Made by a program: the position numbers and the translations under genes
Shown: piece after piece, positions 18,521 to 29,314 of the stretch
Layout of the letters: every line of letters begins with the position of its first letter
How positions within the stretch are numbered: the stretch's first letter is position 1
The notes under the pieces: generated by a model
What the model saw: only the letters and a program-made list of their open reading frames with translations
Told to the model about the DNA's origin: nothing
The model's database searches: none
Source: a virus
Lineage: Duplodnaviria > Heunggongvirae > Uroviricota > Caudoviricetes
Direction: 5' to 3' (one strand)
Virus record (IMG/VR): IMGVR_UViG_3300033146_004404
Span: 137,185-201,184 of that record
DNA: 64,000 bases

Positions 18521-20485
18521 ATGGCAAAAGAAAAAGAAGTAGTAAAAGAATCTTCTGTTTTTGATAGTCTTGATGACATGATTAAAAAGCAATTCAATAA
18601 CGTAATTGACCTTTCTAAAGTGGATGGAAAAGTAAAAACTTGGTATGACACTGGAGTTACAGTGTTAAATTATGCTATGTCAAGAAATTTGAGATATGGT
18701 ATTCCTGGTGGAAGAATTACATCGTTTTCAGGATTAAGTGGTTGTATTTTTGATAATACAATTATTAAAGTTAATAGAGGTAAAAGAACTGAGTGTGGAG
18801 AGTATACAGTAAAAGAATTATATCAAAAAATGGGATATGATGAAAAATATACTGGAAGAAAATTTGATATGTCTTTACCTACGAATACATTTTCTTTTAA
18901 AAAAAGCTGTATAGGGCATAATGAAATTGTTGAAGTTATTGACTCTGGTGAAAAAGAAACTTTCATGTTAAAAACAGAGAGTGGAAAAACAATAATTGTA
19001 TCAGAAGAACATCCGTTCAAAGTTCCTGATGAAAACATAAAAGGAAGAGGAGATCCAGAAAAAGATGACTTTGTCGCTTTGAAAGATTTAGTTGTCGGGG
19101 AAACAGTAATGGTAAAGTCTTCTGCTGATCAAGAAGTTGACTTTGGAAGTAGAAAGAAAAACGGAAGAGGAATAAATGATATTCAATATCCTACGAATAC
19201 TTGGAGAAAAGAGACTAATGATGTTTTAGAGGGTTTAGCTAAAAAAGAAAATAATAAAAATCATTCTGTTAAACAAAACTTTAGAGATTTTAGACATAAT
19301 GATTTTCATTGGGAAAAAATAGTTTCTATCAATAGCGTTGGAAAAAAACACACTTATGACATACGAATGAAAAAGCCATATAGTAATTTTGTAGCTAATG
19401 ATTTTGTAGTTCACAATACAGGTAAATCACTTATTGCAGCAACTGCTATGAGAGATCCACAGATAGATATGATTATTGTTCTGGAAACAGAAGGTGGTGG
19501 TCACGCAAAAGAACTTATTGAGTTCGCAGGAGTTGATCCTAAAAAAGTAAGAATTGTAAAAGCTCATACTTTTGGTAATTATAAAATAAATAAAAAAACA
19601 AACAAAATTGATGAAGTTGCCGATTCGAAGTTTCCTGCTAAGTTGGAATCTCCTGATAATCACTTTGTTGAAGGCGCAATAAGACAAACGAAGAAAATTG
19701 TTAATGCCTTACAGTTTAATAAGAAGTTAGAAGATGCTAAAATTCTTTTAATTCTTGACTCACTTGGAAACTTGCAGTCAGTTAGAGAGTTCTCTGGAAC
19801 TGTTGATATGGGAGCAAGAGCGCAGGATGTTGGTAGATTTTTTAGAACGTTCGACACAGCATTTGAAAAGTCTAACATAGGTTTTGTTTTTACGAATAAA
19901 ATTTATGTAAACCTTGGAAATATCTACGATCCTTATAAAGAGACGGGTGGAGTAAATGCTGAATATAATCCTTCAGTTTCTTGTAGGTTTACTGAGATGG
20001 CAGCACATGCTGAAGTTTCAGATAAAGAGATGTCAGCCGAAAAAGACCGGAGAAAAACTTCTCTTGGTTCCTCTTTGAAAAGTATTAGAGGACAGATTAT
20101 AAAATCTAGGTTTGGAACAGAAAGAAGAAATTGTTGGTTCTTGCTTGACTTTGCAGTTGGGCCAGTTAAACATTCTGGATTATTCACACTACTTAAAGAT
20201 TTTGGATTAGTTTCTAAATCTGGTAGTAGATACTCTGTTAATGGATGGAGAAAAGATAATTCTTTTTATAAGAAAGACTTCATTAAATTGTTAATGGAAG
20301 ATGAAGAAGCTAATCTTGATATCTTCCAAGCTCTATTGGATGCTAAAGAAGTTAGCATGAAAGAAGAAAAAAAGAACTTGAATGTCAATGACTTAACAGA
20401 AGTTAATAACATAGACGATGAAGAAGATGATGAATACGCAGCTTCAGAAATGATAAATGCTATGGAAAATTTAGAAGAAGGATAA
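18521..20485 (+). CDS. recA: RecA/UvsX recombinase with intein in the Walker A motif
   Basis: GIPGGRITSFSGLSG|intein|TGKS, ILDSLGNL, TGG, KSRF; ATG 18521 follows GAAGG. Confidence 0.9.
   Translation: MAKEKEVVKESSVFDSLDDMIKKQFNNVIDLSKVDGKVKTWYDTGVTVLNYAMSRNLRYGIPGGRITSFSGLSGCIFDNTIIKVNRGKRTECGEYTVKELYQKMGYDEKYTGRKFDMSLPTNTFSFKKSCIGHNEIVEVIDSGEKETFMLKTESGKTIIVSEEHPFKVPDENIKGRGDPEKDDFVALKDLVVGETVMVKSSADQEVDFGSRKKNGRGINDIQYPTNTWRKETNDVLEGLAKKENNKNHSVKQNFRDFRHNDFHWEKIVSINSVGKKHTYDIRMKKPYSNFVANDFVVHNTGKSLIAATAMRDPQIDMIIVLETEGGGHAKELIEFAGVDPKKVRIVKAHTFGNYKINKKTNKIDEVADSKFPAKLESPDNHFVEGAIRQTKKIVNALQFNKKLEDAKILLILDSLGNLQSVREFSGTVDMGARAQDVGRFFRTFDTAFEKSNIGFVFTNKIYVNLGNIYDPYKETGGVNAEYNPSVSCRFTEMAAHAEVSDKEMSAEKDRRKTSLGSSLKSIRGQIIKSRFGTERRNCWFLLDFAVGPVKHSGLFTLLKDFGLVSKSGSRYSVNGWRKDNSFYKKDFIKLLMEDEEANLDIFQALLDAKEVSMKEEKKNLNVNDLTEVNNIDDEEDDEYAASEMINAMENLEEG
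18743..19417 (+). mobile_element. Cis mini-intein (225 aa) in RecA
   Basis: Starts CIFD, block B SEEHPF, ends TYDI...NFVANDFVVHN followed by T; no intact endonuclease. Confidence 0.9.
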
Positions 20486-20488
20486 ATA

Positions 20489-20821
20489 ATGGCAAAAGAA
20501 AAAGTTAAAGATTTAGAGGCAAGAACAAGCATTTCACCTCTAGGAGAAATGATAATAATCAGCTTTCATAAAGCTGAAAAGAAAAACAAAACAGAGTCTG
20601 GGCTTATTCTAATGGACAATGGCGAAGACAAGTATCATTCAGTAGTTGACGCTATTGGAAACAAAGTTGATCTTGAGACATGTGGATTTAAAGTTGGAGA
20701 TAAAATAATCTTTAATCAGCACGATGTAATGTCGTTTAATGAAACTGATCCAGAGAATCCTTTGAAGGAAATCCAGAAAGGGCTGATTAAAGCAGACTCT
20801 ATCTGGGGAGTTTACGCATAA
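20489..20821 (+). CDS. groES: GroES-like co-chaperonin (gp31 analogue)
   Basis: ISPLGEMIII...KTESGLIL...VVDAIG...KVGDKIIF. Confidence 0.8.
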   Translation: MAKEKVKDLEARTSISPLGEMIIISFHKAEKKNKTESGLILMDNGEDKYHSVVDAIGNKVDLETCGFKVGDKIIFNQHDVMSFNETDPENPLKEIQKGLIKADSIWGVYA

Positions 20822-23212
20822 TTGAAGCTTCTTATTACTGACTCTCACATAGCTTTAGGCGGAGTTCCGGATTTGTTGATTAAGGACATAAAAGCCGAGT
20901 TCACATTTAAGGACATGTCTAAAACTATGACAAGAGGCGGGTTTGATAAGAGGAAAGTTAAAAATGTTTGCTTTGCTGGTCAAAAAGGCAAAGCCCTCGT
21001 TTTTAGAGCTGGGTTTTTAAAGGAGCTTCTGCTTTATTTAAAATCAAGTAATGTAAAACTTGAAGAAATTCAAGATAAAAGAACAAAACTAATAACAGAA
21101 AAATATACAGATGGAGAATTACGAAAGTATTTCAATCCTGATTTTAAATATGTAAAGCATCAAATAGGATCGCTTCAGGCAATGCTTAAGACAAATATTG
21201 GCATAATAAAAGCACCAACATCTGCAGGAAAATGTTTTGGCGAAAATACTGAAATTCTGATGTTTGATGGTTCTATAAAGAAAGTGCAAAAAGTAGTTGT
21301 AGGAGATACTATAATGGGTTGGGACTCAACTCCAAGAAAAGTTTTGTCTACAACTTCTGGAGTTGATACTCTATATAAAATTAAAAACTTAAAGGGTAAT
21401 GGTTTTCATATAGTTAACAGCTCTCACGTTATTACTTTAAAAGCTACAAGAACTTTATCAAAAGAGATAAAAAAGAATGATGTTATAGACATATCATTAA
21501 AAGAGTATCTTTTAAAGAATAAAGACTTTAAAAAAGTATTTAAGTTATTTCAAGAACCAGTTATTGCTTGGCCCGAAGCGAGTCATAAGCTAGATCCATA
21601 TTTTCTTGGAGTGTGGCTTGGCGATGGTAGAAGTAACGCTCCTTCTATTACTTCTATAGATAATGAAATTATCGAGTATTTATATGAATATGCAGAATGT
21701 TTTAGCGACTTAAGTGTTTCTGTTTACGAGCAAGAAGATAGATGCAATAATTATGTATTGACAGGACGAAAGAAACAGAAGAATGCTATAACAGAAGAGT
21801 TAAGAAGGCTTAATCTCATTAATAATAAACATATCCCAAACGATTTCTTGATAGATAATTTTGAGAATAGACTAAAGTTACTTGCAGGATTATTAGATAC
21901 AGATGGCTATTTAGATAAAAAGAGAGGAGTGTTTGAGTTCTCTCAGAAAAATAAAAGATTGTCAAGCGAGGTTGTTTTTTTAGCTAAAAGCCTTGGGTTT
22001 TATGCTTCTATGAACAAAGGAAAAAAGAAGTCACAAAATGGAATTGAAGGGTTGTATTATTCATTGTATATAGCTGGAGACATTTGGAAAATACCGACGA
22101 AGATAAAAAGAAAACAGGCTTCCCCAAAGATTAAAAAAAAGCATGAGCTGAAAGATCCAACGAAAATAGGATTTAGCGTTAAAAAATTGGATGAAGGTGA
22201 TTACTATGGATTTACTGTCGATGGAGATGGAAGATTTATGCTTGGCGACTTTATAGTTTCTCATAATACTGAAATAATAATTGCATATTTAATGATAACT
22301 AAGCTTCCTTGTTTAGTTTTAGTTGACAGTGTTTCTTTAGCGACACAGACAGTTAGAAGGTTTACTGAAGCTGGACTTAGTTGTGGAATTTGCACTGGAA
22401 AAGGAAAGATTGATGGAGATCATGTTGTTTCAACAATAGGCTCTTATAAAAAACTTGGAGATTTAACTAGGTATAAAACTGTTATTGTTGATGAGTGTCA
22501 TATAGTTGGCAGCAAGAGCTTTCAAGAATTTTTTGAATTAACAAACTATCCTTATAGATATGGATTTTCAGCGACTCCGGACGGAAATGATAAGTATAGA
22601 TTTGCTACTGTTAGGCAGCACATCGGCGATATCTTATTTGAGATCTATACAAAAGAGTTGATAGAGAATGATGTAATGGCTAAGCCTGTCATAAAATTCT
22701 TGACAGTGGATTGTATAGCTACTCCTTCGTGGGATTCAGCGTATGATAAATGTATAGTTAATAATAAAAGAAGAAATGAAAAGGTTATAGAGATTGCTGA
22801 AGAGCATAAAAATGTTCCTGTTTTAATTTTATATAAGATTATCGAACACGGAAAGGTCTTGGGAAAAAAGATTCCTAATTCAGTTGTGTTGAGTGGATCT
22901 GATAGCAATGCTGTTAGAGAAGAAGCAATAGCAAAATTTATTTCTGGTGAAATAAAATGTTTAATTGCAAGTAACATTTTTAAACAAGGTATTTCAATCA
23001 GCAATATAGAAGTGCTGATAAATGTTTCAGGCGGCAAGTCTAAAATAGAAGTATTACAGAAAATAGGTAGATCGCTTAGACTAAGCAAAGGTAAAACAAC
23101 TGCTTTAGTTTATGATTTTATGGACTTAGGGAATAAGTTCACAGAGAAGCATTCATTGCAAAGAGAAGATCTTTATAAGAAGAATGGATTTACCGATATA
23201 GAGCATTTATAA
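20822..23212 (+). CDS. uvsW: UvsW-like SF2 DNA helicase with intein
   Basis: APTSAGK|intein|T, VDECH, GFSATP, QKIGRSLR. Confidence 0.88.
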   Translation: MKLLITDSHIALGGVPDLLIKDIKAEFTFKDMSKTMTRGGFDKRKVKNVCFAGQKGKALVFRAGFLKELLLYLKSSNVKLEEIQDKRTKLITEKYTDGELRKYFNPDFKYVKHQIGSLQAMLKTNIGIIKAPTSAGKCFGENTEILMFDGSIKKVQKVVVGDTIMGWDSTPRKVLSTTSGVDTLYKIKNLKGNGFHIVNSSHVITLKATRTLSKEIKKNDVIDISLKEYLLKNKDFKKVFKLFQEPVIAWPEASHKLDPYFLGVWLGDGRSNAPSITSIDNEIIEYLYEYAECFSDLSVSVYEQEDRCNNYVLTGRKKQKNAITEELRRLNLINNKHIPNDFLIDNFENRLKLLAGLLDTDGYLDKKRGVFEFSQKNKRLSSEVVFLAKSLGFYASMNKGKKKSQNGIEGLYYSLYIAGDIWKIPTKIKRKQASPKIKKKHELKDPTKIGFSVKKLDEGDYYGFTVDGDGRFMLGDFIVSHNTEIIIAYLMITKLPCLVLVDSVSLATQTVRRFTEAGLSCGICTGKGKIDGDHVVSTIGSYKKLGDLTRYKTVIVDECHIVGSKSFQEFFELTNYPYRYGFSATPDGNDKYRFATVRQHIGDILFEIYTKELIENDVMAKPVIKFLTVDCIATPSWDSAYDKCIVNNKRRNEKVIEIAEEHKNVPVLILYKIIEHGKVLGKKIPNSVVLSGSDSNAVREEAIAKFISGEIKCLIASNIFKQGISISNIEVLINVSGGKSKIEVLQKIGRSLRLSKGKTTALVYDFMDLGNKFTEKHSLQREDLYKKNGFTDIEHL
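21233..22267 (+). mobile_element. Cis intein with LAGLIDADG endonuclease (345 aa)
   Basis: Starts CFGENT; YFLGVWLGDG and LLAGLLDTDG; ends YYGF...IVSHN followed by T. Confidence 0.92.
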
Positions 23213-23217
23213 TTATG

Positions 23218-23268
23218 AACGCTTCCAAGTTATGTAAAGATACATATATAACTCGGAAGCGTTTTTTT
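23218..23268 (+). terminator. Terminator hairpin with late-like motif in loop
   Basis: AACGCTTCC-AAGTTAT...ATAACTC-GGAAGCGTT plus T-tract; loop contains GTAAAGATAC. Confidence 0.7.
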
Positions 23269-23309
23269 GTCTTCCATATAATGTAAAGATAACATAAAGG
23301 AAAACATTA

Positions 23310-25277
23310 ATGGCTAATTTAGAAAATATAATTTTTCAAGAACTAGAAACTGACGATATAAAAGATGCTATGCTCGTAGAAGGGGCATTGTCTTTAACTC
23401 CTATGTTGGCTTTCTACACACTCAAAAGAAATACAATGAAAACTCTAAGAAAAGTAGAGAAAGAGACTGTCGGAGAAGCTAAGAAAAGAGCTAGAAAACT
23501 TAAAGGAAAAGCTTTAACTGCAAGAGAGAAAATAAGAGCAAGCCAGGGATCAGCTGGTGGATCGAAAGGCGAAAACACAGTATATAAACTAACTAAAGAA
23601 CAGATAGAAGTTTTGTCTAAAGTTTTTGAAAAGCATGGGCCAGAAATAATAAAAGACATAATGAAGTTTAGAAAAGAAGTTCTTGCTCCATATCAAGTAA
23701 TTAAACGAACAGTTAAAAACAATAAAATGCTTACTTCTCAAGACACTTTTGGAATGACAAAAGAACAGTTCATCTCATCTCTTGAGTCAGGAAGAAGAAA
23801 GATTGAATCAAGAAACGACAGAGATTCTAACTTTGAAGATTTTCAAGAAAGAATTGACAAGCAAGATAGAATTATACAAGATCTTGAAACAACAAGAGAC
23901 GGAATTAGAGAAAAAAAAGAAATTCCACCAAGGATTTTAGCAAGAATACTTAAAGAGTATGGAGTTGGAAGAAAAGAGTTTGAACAGTTCTCTTTAAGTG
24001 ATTTAAGCAAGGCATACAACAATATCAAGAACGCTGGAGAGGAACTTGGAGAGCTAGGTGGTGATGATGACAACTCATTAGAGAAAGCTGCTGCTATAAA
24101 TCAAAAAGTAAAAGAAATAGTAGATTACAGGAAAGGTAGAGTTGCTAAAAGTGATGCGAAGAAAAGATATGAAAAAAACAAAGCTATAAGACAAGGCAAG
24201 GAATTAAATGCAGACGACGATGGAGAAGTAAATGAATCATTAATTCTTGAATATAAAATTGACTTAACTAAGAATAAAAATTTTAGCCTTGCTGGCGGTG
24301 GTTTCAATAGTGCTCTTGGGTTATATTTTCTTAGAAAGAGCATAATAGCTGAGCTTAAGCCTGAAAGACCTGATTCTGTATATAGAGAAACTTACTTTAA
24401 AATAATCGACGAACTAATAAAATCAACTAAAGAAAAAAAAATAGAGCTTTCAACAAAACAAGTTAAAAGTAAAGCAAGTATAGAATTTAATGAAAAAGAA
24501 AGAAAAATCTGGGAATTAAAACCTGGAATTAAATATCAGTCTGGAAAAATTGGCGATTATATTCAAAAACTTAAAGAAGAAGATTTTTTTAACCCTGAGT
24601 ATATTCATAAGTCACCTGCGTTGTTAAAAGCAGAAAAGTCAATTGAAGCAGGAATTAAAAGATTTGAAAGATCTCTTAAGAGAAAGATAGGTGATGAAGA
24701 CTTTAAAGAACTTAAAAAATATAGATTAATAAATGATCTCATTGTAGTTAGTGATTTAAAATCACCAGATAAACTTTTCAAGTCGCCTGACGAAATTAGA
24801 AAAATGAGTATTGAAAAGAAAGCTGATGCATTTCTTTCAGATGAAAATTTCGAAAGAAGAATTAAGGAAATTCTTAGAGCTGAATATGATTCAATAAGAG
24901 AATTAAATAGTGCTAGAAGAAAAGCTGTTGAGCTGTTTGAAATTAAGAGAAGTCAGGACGATGGAGACATTGCTGATAAGTTTGAGGAAGTTCTTACTAA
25001 AATAAAGAAGAGAAAGGAACTTAAACCTAATAAGGTTGACAAGGGCGATGTTAACGTTGCCGATGCGGACAAAAAGATAGATATTGATGATATAGAAAAG
25101 TTGCTTGTTACGTTAAATAAAAAAGATTATGGCAACGAAGACAATAATTATAACACAGATAATGATAGACTGAGATTGATGATCGATAAGTTTAAGAGTC
25201 AGAATGAAAAAGCTGATGAAGAGCTTGAAGATCTTTCATTCTTACTTAATAATTTTAAGACTAAGGCGCTTAGTTAG
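23310..25277 (+). CDS. Large charged hypothetical protein, probable virion/internal protein
   Basis: GTAAAGATAA at 23283; sites MLVE|G and VNESLILE. Confidence 0.55.
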   Translation: MANLENIIFQELETDDIKDAMLVEGALSLTPMLAFYTLKRNTMKTLRKVEKETVGEAKKRARKLKGKALTAREKIRASQGSAGGSKGENTVYKLTKEQIEVLSKVFEKHGPEIIKDIMKFRKEVLAPYQVIKRTVKNNKMLTSQDTFGMTKEQFISSLESGRRKIESRNDRDSNFEDFQERIDKQDRIIQDLETTRDGIREKKEIPPRILARILKEYGVGRKEFEQFSLSDLSKAYNNIKNAGEELGELGGDDDNSLEKAAAINQKVKEIVDYRKGRVAKSDAKKRYEKNKAIRQGKELNADDDGEVNESLILEYKIDLTKNKNFSLAGGGFNSALGLYFLRKSIIAELKPERPDSVYRETYFKIIDELIKSTKEKKIELSTKQVKSKASIEFNEKERKIWELKPGIKYQSGKIGDYIQKLKEEDFFNPEYIHKSPALLKAEKSIEAGIKRFERSLKRKIGDEDFKELKKYRLINDLIVVSDLKSPDKLFKSPDEIRKMSIEKKADAFLSDENFERRIKEILRAEYDSIRELNSARRKAVELFEIKRSQDDGDIADKFEEVLTKIKKRKELKPNKVDKGDVNVADADKKIDIDDIEKLLVTLNKKDYGNEDNNYNTDNDRLRLMIDKFKSQNEKADEELEDLSFLLNNFKTKALS

Positions 25278-25285
25278 GAGAGTAT

Positions 25286-26053
25286 ATGGCTTTTGTAAAT
25301 GGCTTCTGGCAAGAAGAGACAATATTTGAAAAGAAGAAAACTGAAGAGAAGATAAAACTAAGACCATCTCAGGTAAACTTACAATTCCTCTCTGGAAGGC
25401 CAGCTAAGGGAACTTATATTGTAAGCCATTCAGTTATAATTCAATCTATAGGAGCAGAACCTATTCAGTTAAGAGGTTTGAATAAAAAAGTTTATGAAGA
25501 TTGCTTAATAAAGAGTACTAAGCGGCTAGATCAGAAATACATGAAATTAACTAAGTACACAACAACAAAAGCTACGTTTGAGTTCGATGTTAATAAATGG
25601 TTAAAAGATTCTTTATATAATGTCAAACCAAGCAATAGAGTGTCTAGGTTTGAGCAGGTATTCAAGTTGAAAGTATCTCCACCAGAAATGATATCTTATT
25701 CAGTATCTAAGATTCATTTTGATAAATTTATACTTAATAAATTTATGAACTATATGGATAAAAACAGAAAGAGCAAAGTTTGGTTTAAGAATTTTCTGTC
25801 TAATAAAATGTTTTCCAAAAAAAGCAGAATAATCTCACTTATGTTTGACTATGAATATAATTGGCAAGAAAATAAATTTCTTGCCAAACTTAAACCCTTA
25901 TATATAATGGGTTTATTATTTGCGGTAGGAAATACAGCGAATAAACTAAGAGGAAAAAGTTATATTAAATTTAATTTTGACAGTAAAGTTAGAAGAAAGG
26001 TAGCGAGCTACAATAACGGATTTAACGGCTTTAAAAATAAGCGTTATTTTTGA
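25286..26053 (+). CDS. Basic hypothetical protein
   Basis: RBS AGGAG; 255 aa. Confidence 0.6.
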   Translation: MAFVNGFWQEETIFEKKKTEEKIKLRPSQVNLQFLSGRPAKGTYIVSHSVIIQSIGAEPIQLRGLNKKVYEDCLIKSTKRLDQKYMKLTKYTTTKATFEFDVNKWLKDSLYNVKPSNRVSRFEQVFKLKVSPPEMISYSVSKIHFDKFILNKFMNYMDKNRKSKVWFKNFLSNKMFSKKSRIISLMFDYEYNWQENKFLAKLKPLYIMGLLFAVGNTANKLRGKSYIKFNFDSKVRRKVASYNNGFNGFKNKRYF

Positions 26054-26054
26054 C

Positions 26055-26083
26055 TTGACTAAAAAAGAATAATTTGGTATAAT
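26055..26083 (+). promoter_or_regulatory. Conserved promoter (copy 3)
   Basis: TTGACT-AAAAAAGAATAATTTGG-TATAAT. Confidence 0.85.
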
Positions 26084-26145
26084 AAAATATATTTGCCTCG
26101 TATGAGGGAATAAAAAAAACAATAAATGCTTAAAAGAGGTTTATT

Positions 26146-26571
26146 ATGACAAAGAGAAGTTACGATTTACAAGACATGTTCGATGATATTTTTATGGACA
26201 TAGCTCCAGCACTAGGTGCAACATGCATCTACCCAGCACAAAGTTTCCCGCCATTAGATGTTATTTTAGACGAGAAGACAAAAGATCTTCTTTTTAGATT
26301 CGCCATAGCTGGATACAGCAAAGACGAAGTTGATGTTTCATTTACTGAAAACATCATGACTCTATCTATTGAGCCAAAGAAAAAAGAAAGTGAAAGAAGT
26401 TTAAAGTTCCTTAAGAAAGGAATTAAAACATCTTCAGTAAAAGCAAAGTATGAAGTTCCAGTAACGAAATACAGAGTAGATTCAACTACAGCAAAAGTTG
26501 AGAATGGAATATTAGAAATTTTCATTCCTGCACTTGAAGAAATTAAACCAAAAAGTATTAAGATAGAATAA
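26146..26571 (+). CDS. Small heat shock protein (Hsp20)
   Basis: FPPLDV...AIAGYSKDEVDV...AKVENGILEIFIP...KPKSIKIE. Confidence 0.88.
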   Translation: MTKRSYDLQDMFDDIFMDIAPALGATCIYPAQSFPPLDVILDEKTKDLLFRFAIAGYSKDEVDVSFTENIMTLSIEPKKKESERSLKFLKKGIKTSSVKAKYEVPVTKYRVDSTTAKVENGILEIFIPALEEIKPKSIKIE

Positions 26572-26594
26572 GCTGCGGGTAAAGCCGTTAAATA

Positions 26595-26624
26595 AAAAAA
26601 GGCATCCAATTGGATGCCTTTTTT
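26595..26624. terminator. Bidirectional terminator, perfect palindrome (CCAATTGG centre)
   Basis: A6GGCATCCAATTGGATGCCT6. Confidence 0.85.
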
Positions 26625-26638
26625 GTTGGTTGAGTGAT

Positions 26639-27178
26639 TTAGAATACTGGTGTAGTATCGTCATCATTTCCTTTAAGTGCGTAATCGTATTTAAATGTAG
26701 CAGTACATTCAGATATTCCATCGTCGTCGTAAGAAAGTCCTTCACCCCAAGTTATAGCTGTAGGCCATAAGTAATAAATGTTCCAAAGTCTTACGATTCC
26801 ACCTGCTGGGTCTAACTGTCCCATTGTTGCAGAAGTGCTGTACTGTGATTTGAAATACATCTGTCCAGTAATTGGGTTATAAATACTCTGCGACCAATCG
26901 TAAAGGATCTGTCCAGCAGAATTTCCACCTGCGATGTAATCATAAAAAGAACATGCAAGGTCGTTGTACGTTGGTTTTCCGGCAGTCCAGAATCTTTCGT
27001 TCAATCTCTGCTGTTCAGTTGCATTAAATGTAATACTTGGAATTGTTGCTGTGTGCATTGCAAAGCCAAGTTCTGCTGCGTCTCCACCACCTGGAACGGC
27101 TGCGAGTTGCATAACGAATCTGTTTTTCTTTATAGATTCTAATCCTGAGCTTCTACTTGTTGTTAATGATATAGCCAT
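26639..27178 (-). CDS. Tail tube protein, gp19-like
   Basis: NRFVM...IPSITF...AGKPTYNDL...ILYDW...WPTAI...LSYD...TFKYD. Confidence 0.8.
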   Translation of the reverse strand: MAISLTTSRSSGLESIKKNRFVMQLAAVPGGGDAAELGFAMHTATIPSITFNATEQQRLNERFWTAGKPTYNDLACSFYDYIAGGNSAGQILYDWSQSIYNPITGQMYFKSQYSTSATMGQLDPAGGIVRLWNIYYLWPTAITWGEGLSYDDDGISECTATFKYDYALKGNDDDTTPVF

Positions 27179-27276
27179 TAATTTTCTCCTAATTGTAGTT
27201 GTTATTGTAATCTTAACTTACCACGTAAATAAGATAGTTGTATAAAAAGTTATCAAAGAAAATTCATTGAGGATAT

Positions 27277-27867
27277 ATGAACAGAAAAGAATATCAAAAA
27301 AAGTATAGAGAGCTTAATAAAGAAGAAATTACTGAGTATAAGAAGGTTTGGTATAATGAAAATTCCGCTGCTATTCTAAAAAAAAGTGCTGAATATTACC
27401 AGAGTAATAAAGAGAAAATAAAGGAGAAGAATAAAAAGCGAAAGAAGCTGAAAGAAAACCTTGATTCTAATTACAAAACAAAAGTTAATGTAGCTACTTC
27501 TATAATGACAGGGATAGCAAATCAGGAATTTAGCGATAAGCTTAGTAGGTTTCTTGGTTATTCTTTCTTAGACTTAAAAAAGTATTTAGAGGATCTGTTC
27601 GCTGAAGATATGACTTGGAAAAACTTTAGTGTAAGTCAAGTAAAGGATGGATCATGGCATATTCATAATCATATTCCAACTTATATATATAATTTTTATG
27701 ATGAAAGTGACATAAAAAAATGTTGGAGTTTAGAGAACTTATCTCCTATGTGGAATAAGTATGCTAACAATACATTAAATTGGGAAATAATTAACGATAT
27801 GGGCTTGTCAGAACTGTTACCGGAGATAGTCCTTGTTGAAGACATAATAGGTGATATAAAGAAATGA
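27277..27867 (+). CDS. HNH-type homing endonuclease-like protein, possibly degenerate
   Basis: K/Y-rich helical N-terminus; MTWKNF...WHIHNHIP...CWSLENLSPMW (family consensus is WHIDHI). Confidence 0.6.
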   Translation: MNRKEYQKKYRELNKEEITEYKKVWYNENSAAILKKSAEYYQSNKEKIKEKNKKRKKLKENLDSNYKTKVNVATSIMTGIANQEFSDKLSRFLGYSFLDLKKYLEDLFAEDMTWKNFSVSQVKDGSWHIHNHIPTYIYNFYDESDIKKCWSLENLSPMWNKYANNTLNWEIINDMGLSELLPEIVLVEDIIGDIKK

Positions 27868-28148
27868 AGTTTAATACTATGGTTAAAAAGTTTGTATATT
27901 TTCTTGAGAATAAAAGGGAATATAGTGAGAAGTATGCTTCTATGATAATGGAAGAATCTACAGCGTGGAATAAGGAAGAAGTTTTAAAAGATTTGGTTAA
28001 ACAAGTTGGTATTTTTGTGGAGTATGAAGAAGTGAAAGATTCTAAGGTTGATTTTAATTATCTTCCATTCTGCGAGAAGTTCAAACAAAGAGAGCTAAAA
28101 GTCTTGACAAAAAAAGAACAATATGGTATAATTACATATGATAAATAA
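27864..28148 (+). CDS. Hypothetical protein
   Basis: ATGA overlap; 3' end contains promoter copy 4. Confidence 0.55.
   Translation: MKFNTMVKKFVYFLENKREYSEKYASMIMEESTAWNKEEVLKDLVKQVGIFVEYEEVKDSKVDFNYLPFCEKFKQRELKVLTKKEQYGIITYDK
28104..28132 (+). promoter_or_regulatory. Conserved promoter (copy 4)
   Basis: TTGACA-AAAAAAGAACAATATGG-TATAAT. Confidence 0.85.
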
Positions 28149-28338
28149 AGAATACGTTGAAAAGAAAAAAGAGCTAGACGACCTTGCAGAAGTAATCACT
28201 GCAGCAAAAAAAATAGGTGAATTGAAAAAAATAATTAGTGAAGAAGAAAAACTGGGATCTCTTAAAATGAATACAAAAAAAATAATAGAAGCTCAAAATA
28301 AAATGGCTACTGTTTTACGAGAGGTGACAGATGAGTAA
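28138..28338 (+). CDS. Small coiled-coil protein, probably leaderless
   Basis: ATG lies 5 nt after the -10 box; no SD. Confidence 0.55.
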   Translation: MINKEYVEKKKELDDLAEVITAAKKIGELKKIISEEEKLGSLKMNTKKIIEAQNKMATVLREVTDE

Positions 28339-29314
28339 AATATTAATCACTTCAGATTGGCATATTCAATCTGGGATTTATACAAGCATTGGGATGGACT
28401 ATATTGATTATCTCTCAACGTTTTGTACAGAAAATGGCATAGAGGATATTTTTATTGCTGGCGATATATTTGAGAAATCAAGTAAGATCAGTAATGATGC
28501 ATTTATTCCACTATTCTTTAAATTCATGGAGCTTAAAAAGAAAGGCTTCAAAATAACCATAGTACTTGGAAACCATGACATCTATTCAGTCGATAACGAT
28601 AGCTTGGTAGAGACGTTCGCTGTGTTTGGAAAAGTATTTAAAGAAGTTGGACAAATAGAATTAGGTGGAAGAAAAATTGATTTACTTCCTTATACAAAAG
28701 ATCCAAACAATATTCCTCCAATGGGAGATGTATTAATCACACATCTAAGTATTGCAGATTTTGCATTTGATAATAAATATCATGTAAGTGAAAAAGCTGG
28801 ATTCTCAAGAAAACTCTTCGAGGATTATGACAAGGTATTTACAGGACATTTCCACAGACCGCAAAGCAAAGACAATATTATTTATATGGGATCTCCATAT
28901 CAAATGAACTTTGGAGAAATAGATCAGCAGAAAGGATTTATTGTTTTTGATCTGGAAACAAATGAATATGAAAGACATATGTATACTGGTGCTCCAACAT
29001 ACAAAAGGATAAAAAGCAAAGACTATAATAAAGTTGATGTAAATAATTGTTTCGTTCAGGTTGAAATTGAAGAGAAGCTAGATAGTTACGTTCAGCTCAA
29101 ACACATACTTTATGAAAAAGGAGCTATTGAAGTATCTCCCGTATTTATAGAAAATGCTGATGCAGCGGCAAAAATAAATAATGATTCAAAAATTGATGTC
29201 AATAATTCTGTTCCTGACATGATTAAAGAGTACATAAATGACAGTATTGAAATTGAAGGTATTAAAGCAGATAAGCTTATTAAGATTTTTGATAAGCTTC
29301 TAGGGGAGATGTAG
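28331..29314 (+). CDS. Recombination endonuclease subunit, gp47/SbcD/Mre11-like
   Basis: SDWH, AGDIF, GNHD, GHFH, YMGSP metallophosphoesterase motifs. Confidence 0.9.
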   Translation: MSKILITSDWHIQSGIYTSIGMDYIDYLSTFCTENGIEDIFIAGDIFEKSSKISNDAFIPLFFKFMELKKKGFKITIVLGNHDIYSVDNDSLVETFAVFGKVFKEVGQIELGGRKIDLLPYTKDPNNIPPMGDVLITHLSIADFAFDNKYHVSEKAGFSRKLFEDYDKVFTGHFHRPQSKDNIIYMGSPYQMNFGEIDQQKGFIVFDLETNEYERHMYTGAPTYKRIKSKDYNKVDVNNCFVQVEIEEKLDSYVQLKHILYEKGAIEVSPVFIENADAAAKINNDSKIDVNNSVPDMIKEYINDSIEIEGIKADKLIKIFDKLLGEM